Assembly (NCBI GenBank): GCA_965248355.1
Contig: OZ252098.1
Span: forward strand, 2,368,001-2,432,000
Reading direction: 5' to 3'
Length of the DNA: 64,000 bases
Origin: Candidatus Latescibacterota bacterium
Lineage (GTDB): Bacteria > Latescibacterota > UBA2968 > UBA8231
Shown: in pieces, positions 57,061 through 64,000 of the stretch
Position numbering within the stretch: position 1 is the first letter of the stretch
How the letters are laid out: each line of letters opens with the position of its first letter
Program-made: the position numbers and the translations under genes
Notes under the pieces: model-generated
The model's input: only the letters and a program-made list of their open reading frames with translations
What the model was told of the DNA's origin: nothing
Databases searched by the model: none

Positions 57061-57131
57061 GCCGGATCAGCCCTCCGTCAGAATGGCGTAGGGCCTCGAT
57101 CTCGACGCGCAGGTGGGGCATTCCCCGGGGC
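57055..57131. repeat. Degenerate duplicate of the ridA 3' end and flank (57610-57686)
   Basis: GACTGAGCCGG(G)ATCA.CCCTCCGTCAGAATGGCGTAG(G)GCCTCGATCTCGAC.CGCAGGTGGGGC occurs in both places. Confidence 0.9.
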
Positions 57132-57162
57132 CGGCACGAGTATCCCGGAAAGGCAACGAAGG

Positions 57163-57615
57163 ATGGACTACAGGCAGGAACTTGGTTTCGAGTTCTGCTG
57201 CGTCATCGACGCGGCGGTGGACGAAGTCTTCGCGGCCATCACGGACAGGGCTGCGATCAGCACCTTCTTCACCAACGCGTCGAGCGCTTCCCTGGAGGCC
57301 GGGAAGACCGTCTTGTGGCGGTTCGGGGATCTCGAGATCGACATCCACGTCGAGGAGGTCGTCCCCGACGAGAGGATCGTCTGCAGCTGGCCTGCCTCTA
57401 ACGACGTGGGTTACCGGACGCGGTTCGTATTCGCCTTCGAGGCGCAGGATGAGGGCACGAAGATCCTCGTGAGCGAATCCGGGTGGCGGCCCGATGGCGA
57501 GGGGATCGCCAGCGCCTTCGAGCAGTGCTCCGGCTGGACCCATTTCTTCGCCAGCCTCAAGGCGCGTCTCGAGCACCACGTCGACCTGAAGGGCTTCTAC
57601 TGCGCCCACGACTGA
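57163..57615 (+). CDS. SRPBCC/AHSA1 domain protein
   Basis: IDAAVDEVFAAITD, VVPDERIVCSW, GTKILVSESG, GWTHFFASLKARLE. Confidence 0.85.
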   Translation: MDYRQELGFEFCCVIDAAVDEVFAAITDRAAISTFFTNASSASLEAGKTVLWRFGDLEIDIHVEEVVPDERIVCSWPASNDVGYRTRFVFAFEAQDEGTKILVSESGWRPDGEGIASAFEQCSGWTHFFASLKARLEHHVDLKGFYCAHD

Positions 57616-57622
57616 GCCGGGA

Positions 57623-58003
57623 TCATCCCTCCGTCAGAATGGCGTAGGCCTCGATCTCGACTCGCAGGTGGGGCTTTCCCAGGGCCGCCACCTGCACCAG
57701 CGTGGAGGCCGGCTTGACGCCGGCGAAGCGCTCGTGGTGGGCGCGGGCCACCTCCTTCATGTCCGAGATGTCGGTCACGTAGACCACGGTCCGCACCACG
57801 TCCTTCAGGCCCGCCCCCGCCTCGGACAGGGCCGCGGCGATGATGTCGAGGACGGCCGCCGACTGTTCGTAGGTGCCTCCCTCGTCGTGGGGCGGCCGGG
57901 CGCAGGTGCCGGCCACGTGGATGTGGTCGCCGACGCGCACCGCCCGCGAATAGGCGAACTCCTCCTCGAAGGGATTGCGGCTCGATATGTTGCGTCGTGT
58001 CAT
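57623..58003 (-). CDS. RidA/YjgF family protein
   Basis: YSRAVRVG..IHVAGT, DVVRTVVY, PASTLVQVAAL, VEIEA. Confidence 0.9.
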   Translation of the reverse strand: MTRRNISSRNPFEEEFAYSRAVRVGDHIHVAGTCARPPHDEGGTYEQSAAVLDIIAAALSEAGAGLKDVVRTVVYVTDISDMKEVARAHHERFAGVKPASTLVQVAALGKPHLRVEIEAYAILTEG

Positions 58004-58015
58004 GGTCTTCCTCTC

Positions 58016-60439
58016 CTATTTCAACAGCAGCATCTTGCGCACCGCCCTGTGCCCGGGTTGGGACAGGCGATAGAGGTAAACGCCCGTTCCCACCGGATTG
58101 TCGTGATCGTCCGTACCGTCCCATGAGAACACGTGCTCTCCGGGGCCGAGACCTTCCCACGCCTCGGCGAGCACCCGCCGCCCCGACAGATCGTAGATCT
58201 CCAGGCGCACCGGCTGAGGACCGTGTCCGCCGGCGATGCTGATGCGGATGCTGGTCTCCGCGTTGAACGGATTCGGCGTGTTCTGGTGCAGCACCGCCAC
58301 CTCCGGCAGGGCCGGCCCCCGCAGCCGCCAGGCCCGTCCCTCGGCGACCACGATCATCTCCTTCTGGAGGGAGGCGAACCTCTCCAGCTCGGCCGGCGCG
58401 GATAGCGCCGCGGTGTACTCCACCACCGGATCGCCGAAGGTGTACTCGGAATCGATCCACACGCCGCCGCTCAGATAGAAGTCTCTGTCGAACCAGGAGG
58501 CGGTGGCGAGCACTTCCCTGATCCCGGCTGAAAAGCCGCCGGAGTCGCCCACCGCCTCGTCGGAGACCCCCTGTGGCAGGGGCTGGGGCTGCTCCACCCT
58601 GGTAACCTCGGTGCCGTCATTGCGCACCACCCGGTCCACGGCGATGAAGGAGGTGTAGGCGGTGAGCAGGTTGTAGGTCAGACCCAGCTCCAGGATGTGG
58701 CTCTTTACGCGGGCCTCGTCCGCGGATCCCAACCCCGCGTAGTCCCCCAGGGTGGCGATGAGCCGGCGGGCCCAGAGATAGCGCAGCGCCGCGTTGGACT
58801 CGTCGGGGGTCACCTGGGAGACATCGATATCGATGCCGTACTCCCCCTGCCCCGTATGGCCTCGCAGCGACACCGTGCCCTGCCGATCGCCCTGCCACTT
58901 CCCGTAGACCAGGACCGGGCGCTCGGCCAGCAGGTCCGCGATGGAGACCGGCTCCACTTCGTAGATGTCGAATCCATCGGCGGAGAAGGTGGTCCTGGAG
59001 AGGACCGGCGTGCGGATGTACTCCCGGAACCGGGCGGCCGTCTCCGCCGCCTCGGACTCCTCGGTGACGACGAAGGGCTCGCCCGAACCCATGCGCGCCA
59101 TGCCCTCGATGAGGAAGCGGTTGACGGACTTGCCGATGCCGAAGGTGAAGACGTTGGCCTCGCCGAGGTTCTCCCGGATCAGGTCGAAGACCTCGGCCTC
59201 GGCCGAGATGTAGCCATCGGTGGCGATCACGATGGAGCGGGAGGTATTCTCGCTCGGTCTCGGAAGCTGCATGGCCCGCAGGAGGACCGCCCCGAGCCGG
59301 GTTCCGCCCCCTGCCTGCTGGATCTGGATGAGATCGAGAGCCCGCTCCACGTTCTCCTTTGAGGCAGGGAGGGATTCCGCGGAGAGCACGCTGGAGCCGT
59401 GGGCGAAGAGCAGGACGTTGAAGTGATCGGTGGGGCGAAGCGGCTCGATCAGATCTCGCAGCAGAGCCTTCGAGACCTCGATTGGGTAGTCGCTCATCGA
59501 GCCGGAGACGTCGACGACGAAGATGTACTCCCGCGGGGGGATCTCCTCCTCCTCGACGCGTTCGGGCGGCTGGCCCATGAAGAGGAAGAAGTTCTCGTCC
59601 TCCCCTTCGTAGAGCAGCAGGCCGGATTCGATCTTGTCGCCCGCGAGCCGGTAGCGCAGGATGTAGTCCCGGTTGCCCCCGGTCCCGCCCGGATCGGACA
59701 GCTCGACCCGGGCCCGGCCGGGCTCGGGGTAGGAGACCTCGATGTCGTGGGAGATCGAGGACACGGCCTGGATCGGCACCCCCGTGCTCAGCTCGACGTC
59801 GATGTCGAAGCCGTAGGTGGCCGGCTCCCCCTCGTGGGTGTACGGCGACGCCACGAACAGGTCCCTGGAGTCCACTTCGCCCAAGGGGATCTCGGAGTAC
59901 CGCGGCCCGACCACTGTGGGATAGACGAACTCGTACTCACCCTCCGTGGGCACCAGGGTCTCGGTGTACCTCAACTCGACGAAGATCCGGTCCCCGGGCA
60001 GGATGTTGCCCACCGTCATCTGGAAGACGTTGGGCCGCTGCTGCTCCAGAAGCGAGGCGGTGTAGCCCGCTTCGATCGCCTCTTCGTACTCCTCCCGGGC
60101 CTCTTCCCGTTCCCGGATCTCGGCGGTGATCACGCGGTCGCCGATGGTCATCTCCATCCCGTACACCGCGGCCTGCGTGGAGGCGGGGAAGACGTAGGTC
60201 GCCTCCAGGGGTTGGCCGCCTTCGTTGGCGTACTCCTGGCGGATCACCACGTCGGCGATGACCCCGGCGATCCTGACGCTGGCCGAGACCGACTTCAGGG
60301 GCAGCTGGTCCAGCCCCGGATCGTCGGTGACGACGAAGAAGAAGGGGGCCAGGGTCTGGCCCGCCTCCGGGGTCTCGTCCCCCCAGACGTGGGAGACGAG
60401 CAGTGCGAGCGACAGTGGCAAGACCATCCGGAATGTCAT
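58016..60439 (-). CDS. Secreted VIT + VWA domain protein with FlgD-Ig C-terminus
   Basis: Signal peptide; LEATYVFP (VIT), PTVVGPRY, MIDAS VVDVSGSM, ATDG, LLTAYTSFIAVD; NTPNPFN...RKMLLLK. Confidence 0.88.
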   Translation of the reverse strand: MTFRMVLPLSLALLVSHVWGDETPEAGQTLAPFFFVVTDDPGLDQLPLKSVSASVRIAGVIADVVIRQEYANEGGQPLEATYVFPASTQAAVYGMEMTIGDRVITAEIREREEAREEYEEAIEAGYTASLLEQQRPNVFQMTVGNILPGDRIFVELRYTETLVPTEGEYEFVYPTVVGPRYSEIPLGEVDSRDLFVASPYTHEGEPATYGFDIDVELSTGVPIQAVSSISHDIEVSYPEPGRARVELSDPGGTGGNRDYILRYRLAGDKIESGLLLYEGEDENFFLFMGQPPERVEEEEIPPREYIFVVDVSGSMSDYPIEVSKALLRDLIEPLRPTDHFNVLLFAHGSSVLSAESLPASKENVERALDLIQIQQAGGGTRLGAVLLRAMQLPRPSENTSRSIVIATDGYISAEAEVFDLIRENLGEANVFTFGIGKSVNRFLIEGMARMGSGEPFVVTEESEAAETAARFREYIRTPVLSRTTFSADGFDIYEVEPVSIADLLAERPVLVYGKWQGDRQGTVSLRGHTGQGEYGIDIDVSQVTPDESNAALRYLWARRLIATLGDYAGLGSADEARVKSHILELGLTYNLLTAYTSFIAVDRVVRNDGTEVTRVEQPQPLPQGVSDEAVGDSGGFSAGIREVLATASWFDRDFYLSGGVWIDSEYTFGDPVVEYTAALSAPAELERFASLQKEMIVVAEGRAWRLRGPALPEVAVLHQNTPNPFNAETSIRISIAGGHGPQPVRLEIYDLSGRRVLAEAWEGLGPGEHVFSWDGTDDHDNPVGTGVYLYRLSQPGHRAVRKMLLLK

Positions 60440-60463
60440 GGCGCCCCTCCTGGAAAAAGCGGC

Positions 60464-60838
60464 TTACGCCGCGCCGTCGTCCCTCTGGAACATGCCCAGC
60501 ACGTTGCCTTCGGTGTCCCGGAAGTTGGCGAACCAGCCCACCCCGGGGATGGCGGTGCGGGGGGTGACGATGGCGCAGCCGGCGGCGGTCACCCGGGCGA
60601 TACAGGCGTCCAAGTCGTCCACGCCGATGACGAGCTGGGTGCCGCCCCCGTTCGCCGTGCTCTGCCTGGGCGCCAGGGCCCCGCCGATGCCGGGCTCGTC
60701 CTCCGGACCGGTCTGCTGCAGGTAGTACTCCTGCGGACCCTCCCACTTGTGGGACTCCCAGCCGAAGACCTCGGCGTAGAACCGGTTGGCGCGCTCGGCG
60801 TCGTCGAAGGGCAGCTCGAAGTGCACGATCTTGGGCAT
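60464..60838 (-). CDS. VOC/glyoxalase family protein
   Basis: MPKIVHFELPFDD.ERA..FY..VFGW...RDTEGNVLG. Confidence 0.88.
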   Translation of the reverse strand: MPKIVHFELPFDDAERANRFYAEVFGWESHKWEGPQEYYLQQTGPEDEPGIGGALAPRQSTANGGGTQLVIGVDDLDACIARVTAAGCAIVTPRTAIPGVGWFANFRDTEGNVLGMFQRDDGAA

Positions 60839-60989
60839 GGTTGCTCCTAGAAGTAGACGAGGGCGGTCAGCGCGGACCGGAGGGTCCAGTCGACGCCCAG
60901 ACCCAGCCTCCCCCTCCCTGTCGGCAGAGGCACGGGGGGAATATACTCGTCGAGGCCCGAAGGCGGTTCCCACCACCCCGGACAGGTAG

Positions 60990-61667
60990 ATGAGCCATTC
61001 CGTACGGCGCCACCTGCGCGTCGAGATCGAGGCCTACGACCGCACCATCCGCGCCTTCATCCCCTCCTACGAGGAGATGCTGGAGAGAGCGGCCCGGGCC
61101 GTGGCCGAGGCCCGGCCGGGAAGGGTGATCGATCTCGGCGCCGGCACCGGCGCCCTGGCGCAGGCCCTCCTGCGGCGGTGCGAGAAGGCCACCGTCGAGC
61201 TCATCGACGCCGACGCCGAGATGCTCGACCAGGCCCGGGAGCGGCTCGCGCCCTTCGCCTCGCGGGTGAGCTATTCGGTGCGCGACTTCCAGGGGCCGCT
61301 GCCCCCCTGCGACGCGGCGGTCGCCTCCCTCGCCCTGCACCACGTGCCCACCCTCGCCGAGAAACGGGAGATCTTCGGCGCCATCCACGCCGCCCTGCCC
61401 CCCGGCGGAGTCTTCGTCAACGCCGACGCCGTCATGTCCGCCGACCCCGCCGCCCGGCGGGCCGACTACGAGACCTGGGCCGCCCACCTCGTCTCCCGCG
61501 GCATCGAGGAGGAGCGGGCGTACCAGCACTTCCGGGAGTGGTCCGGCGAGGACACCTACTTCCCGCTGGAGGAGGAACTGGCCGCGCTGGAGGAGGTCGG
61601 CTTCGACGCGGTCTGCCTGTGGCGGGTGGTGCCGCTGGCGGTGGTGAGGGCCGGGAAGCGGCCCTGA
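60990..61667 (+). CDS. Class I SAM-dependent methyltransferase
   Basis: FIPSYEEM, VIDLGAGTG, SLALHH, LPPGGVFVNAD. Confidence 0.88.
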   Translation: MSHSVRRHLRVEIEAYDRTIRAFIPSYEEMLERAARAVAEARPGRVIDLGAGTGALAQALLRRCEKATVELIDADAEMLDQARERLAPFASRVSYSVRDFQGPLPPCDAAVASLALHHVPTLAEKREIFGAIHAALPPGGVFVNADAVMSADPAARRADYETWAAHLVSRGIEEERAYQHFREWSGEDTYFPLEEELAALEEVGFDAVCLWRVVPLAVVRAGKRP

Positions 61668-61758
61668 GGGCGGCAGCACCACCACCTTGACCCTGGCGCC
61701 GTCGAGGGGCTTCTATCTCCCGCCGCCCAATCTCCCCAACTCCGGAGGATCGATCCTC

Positions 61759-62127
61759 ATGGCCACCATGTCCTTTCACAAGTCGGCAGATTGGAAGCCC
61801 GGCTTGCGCACCTACTTCGAGTACCGCGACCTCGGCAGCGTCGAGGCCACCAAGGGCAGACTGCTCGCCCACGTCATCCGCGCCACCGAACCTTGCAGCG
61901 GTCCGGGCGGCTATCATTCCCACGATCTCGAGTTCCAGATGAACTACGTGCTGCGCGGCTGGACCCGGGTCGAATTCGAGGACGTCGGTGAGGTGCGCTT
62001 CGAGGCCGGCGACAGCTGGCAGCAGGATCCCGGGGTCCCGCACGAGGTGCTGGAATTCTCCGACGACTTCGAGGTCATCGAGATCTGCATGCCGGCGGAA
62101 TTCCCCACCAGCGACGAGCAACGCTGA
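61759..62127 (+). CDS. Cupin domain protein
   Basis: GLRTYFEYRDLG, HSHDLEFQMNYVLRGW, PGVPHE. Confidence 0.85.
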   Translation: MATMSFHKSADWKPGLRTYFEYRDLGSVEATKGRLLAHVIRATEPCSGPGGYHSHDLEFQMNYVLRGWTRVEFEDVGEVRFEAGDSWQQDPGVPHEVLEFSDDFEVIEICMPAEFPTSDEQR

Positions 62128-62134
62128 TCCCGGG

Positions 62135-62950
62135 ATGGGAAGACTGGACGGCAAGGTCGCGGCGGTCACCGGTGGTGCGTCCGGCATCGGCGAAGCCACG
62201 GTGCGGCGGTTCGTGGATGAGGGCGCACGGGTGGCCTTTGCCGACCGCGACCGCCCCCGCGGCGCCTGCATCGCCGCAGGGATCGAGGCCGGCGGTGGGG
62301 AGGCGCTGTTCGTGGAGGCCCGCATGGACCGCGAAGCCGAGGCCGCCGCCTTCATCCGGCGCGCGGTGGATCACTTCGGTCAGCTCGACATCCTCGTGAA
62401 CAACGCCGCCATCCGTCTCTACAACACCGTGACCGAAGCCAGCGAGGAGAGCTGGGACGCCATCTGGGCGGTGAACGTCAAGGGCTACGCCTTCTGCGCC
62501 AAAGCCGCGATTCCCTTCCTGCGCCAGAGCGGCAAGGGCAGCATCGTCAACATCGCCTCCAACAGCGCGGTGATCGCGAGCCGCAACGCGGTGCAGTACG
62601 ACACCACCAAGGCAGCGGTCACCGGCTTGACCCGGGCCATGGCCCTGGACCATGCCGAAGAAGGCATCCGGGTCAATGCCCTCTGTCCGGGACCGACCTT
62701 CACCCCCTTCCATCAGCGGCGAGCCGCCGCGGCCGGGCAGACCGAGTCATTCAAGGAAGAGTTCGGACGTTCCACCATGCTCAGGCGGGCGGCCAGGCCC
62801 GAGGAGATCGCCGCCTGCGTGCTGTTCCTGGCTTCCGACGACGCCTCCTTCGTCACCGGCACCTGCCTCTTTGCAGACGGCGGCGAGACCTCCATGGGAA
62901 GCAACCGCGCATTGGGTTCCCCGGACCGGGACCGTCGCGACGATGGCTGA
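62135..62950 (+). CDS. Short-chain dehydrogenase/reductase
   Basis: TGGASGIG, LVNNA, YDTTK, IRVNALCPG. Confidence 0.92.
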   Translation: MGRLDGKVAAVTGGASGIGEATVRRFVDEGARVAFADRDRPRGACIAAGIEAGGGEALFVEARMDREAEAAAFIRRAVDHFGQLDILVNNAAIRLYNTVTEASEESWDAIWAVNVKGYAFCAKAAIPFLRQSGKGSIVNIASNSAVIASRNAVQYDTTKAAVTGLTRAMALDHAEEGIRVNALCPGPTFTPFHQRRAAAAGQTESFKEEFGRSTMLRRAARPEEIAACVLFLASDDASFVTGTCLFADGGETSMGSNRALGSPDRDRRDDG

Positions 62951-62955
62951 TCCGG

Positions 62956-63059
62956 TCCAGGAGTGGTCGGGCGAGGACACCCCCTGGAGGAAGCCGGCTT
63001 CGAGACGGTCTGCCTCTGGCGGGCGGTGCACAGGCGGTGGTGAGGGCCAGGAAGAAGCC
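62956..63059 (+). repeat. Degenerate duplicate of the methyltransferase 3' end (61531-61664)
   Basis: GAGTGGTC.GGCGAGGACAC...CTGGAGGA...GGCTTCGA..CGGTCTGCCT.TGGCGGG...GGCGGTGGTGAGGGCC.GGAAG in both copies; the distal copy has an internal deletion between CTGGAGGA repeats. Confidence 0.85.
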
Positions 63060-63133
63060 ATATGCCTAGCACCGGACGCCCCGCAAGCTCGCTCCTCGTG
63101 GACGCCGGCACCACAGCATAGGGCCTCTTTCCC

Positions 63134-63331
63134 TTAGTTGGCTTCTTGCCGCTTCCTGGGAGATGCCGGATTGTGATTCGCTTTCCGAGGTGGAAAGCTG
63201 ACCAGCCTCTTCCCCTTCATGCTCTGGCGTCTCTGGACGTCATCGAATATGGCATCCCGATCGTGGCCGAACTTCGCCGCGTACTCCTCCCGCAGCTTCC
63301 TCGTCTCCTCGACGATGGGATCGCGCTTCAT
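63134..63331 (-). CDS. Small protein of the DPIVEE-R type, usually paired with a PIN toxin (putative antitoxin)
   Basis: MKRDPIVEETRKLREEYAAKFGHDRDAI; GGAGG RBS; PIN tail remnant upstream. Confidence 0.6.
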   Translation of the reverse strand: MKRDPIVEETRKLREEYAAKFGHDRDAIFDDVQRRQSMKGKRLVSFPPRKANHNPASPRKRQEAN

Positions 63332-63332
63332 C

Positions 63333-63375
63333 TCAGTCCTCCATCAACTCCTGAGGTGTGCAGATCGTCGGTGGT
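63333..63375 (-). pseudogene. 3' remnant of a PIN-domain toxin gene
   Basis: Translates PPTICTPQELMED*, the characteristic P.ICTP.EL tail, directly upstream of the small partner gene. Confidence 0.55.
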
Positions 63376-64000
63376 TCAGGGCCGCAGCACCACCACGAAG
63401 CCCACCGAGTCGACCGACGCCGAGGCGAAGATCCCCATCCCTCCCTCCACCGAGAAGAGGGGCCGCTCGAAGTTGTCGCCCGCCAGGCCGCCGGCCCACC
63501 CCCCCTGCTCCTGCGCGTCGGCGCTCGTGCGGGCGTAATCGAACCAGTTGCGGTCGAGGGCGTAGACCTTCACGATGGAACGCCCGGCGTAGTACACGGC
63601 GAACCACGGCCAGCGCAGGATCCCCTCCCTGACCTCCAGGGGAGGCGACTGGTTCCGGCTCGGGTCCGGGTCGTCCTCGTAGAAGGTGTCCAGGTCCTCG
63701 TCGACCTTGTTCGGGTACCGCTCCAGGGTGAAGATCGCCGCCTGGTAACCCTCCGCCTCCACCGCCTCCAGGTGGATCTCGAGCACCCCCTCCAGGTAGA
63801 GGAGCTGGTTCTCCGGCGCCTCGAACACCCCGTCGCCAGCCTCGGCAAAGGACTTGAGGGTGCGCAGGATCTGGCCGGTCTCCCAGTCGATGAGCACCGC
63901 CTGCCGCACCCGCAGCCTGTCCGGCGTGGTCGTACGCCCCCACACGCGCTGCCCCTCCACCTCGACTTCGAGTTGATACTCGGTCCGGGGCTCGACCCGG
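63376..64000 (-). CDS. DUF4249-like protein (TonB receptor-associated), 3' part; runs off the window end
   Basis: VEPRTEYQLEV...VYALDRNWFDY...SVEGGMGIFASASVD C-terminal motif. Confidence 0.6.
   Translation of the reverse strand, partial: RVEPRTEYQLEVEVEGQRVWGRTTTPDRLRVRQAVLIDWETGQILRTLKSFAEAGDGVFEAPENQLLYLEGVLEIHLEAVEAEGYQAAIFTLERYPNKVDEDLDTFYEDDPDPSRNQSPPLEVREGILRWPWFAVYYAGRSIVKVYALDRNWFDYARTSADAQEQGGWAGGLAGDNFERPLFSVEGGMGIFASASVDSVGFVVVLRP

Noticed and set aside
1..64000. CRISPR array, integron attC array, reverse transcriptase/DGR, rRNA
   Set aside because: No regularly spaced repeats, shared cassette-boundary motif, RT motifs or rRNA-like sequence seen by eye. The NHL repeat pair lacks adenine-specific variation.

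Overview
High-GC bacterial chromosomal window, mostly accessory genes. Five proteins end in a PNP(F/S)N...KLxLL FlgD-Ig/T9SS-type sorting domain, and there are WD40 and NHL repeat proteins, PhyH dioxygenases and many toxin-antitoxin (TA) loci. By inference this resembles an FCB-associated, Latescibacterota/Gemmatimonadota-like lineage, possibly a host symbiont. In order, the window holds: the 5' part of a TonB-dependent receptor; two VapBC-type TA pairs; sthA; a minus-strand defence cluster (HigA, DUF433, MNT-HEPN, AAA_14/DUF4143 ATPase, a NACHT NTPase with a C-terminal PD-(D/E)xK nuclease, type IIG R-M); alpha-2-macroglobulin; two catabolic operons built around PhyH plus Ldh_2; tandem NHL proteins, one cut by IS630; a third AAA_14 ATPase cut by an IS3; a decayed AAA_21/DUF4276 pair; a UbiD-Gfo/Idh/MocA-epimerase-amidase run; tRNA-Glu with a low-GC XRE-ImmA/DUF4411 islet; a VIT-VWA protein; small enzymes; and a DUF4249 gene running off the end. 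The most notable signals are these. (1) Each of the three AAA_14/DUF4143 paralogues has its own different AT-rich palindrome on or next to a leaderless promoter. (2) An ATPase-NACHT-nuclease-type IIG R-M operon is present. (3) Small integrase-free gene islets are flanked by a decayed duplicate of the neighbouring gene's 3' end. (4) One PhyH enzyme has an HxG (halogenase-like) motif. (5) TA toxins have been repeatedly lost while antitoxins are kept. No CRISPR array or rRNA was seen. Family calls come from motif recognition, not database searches.
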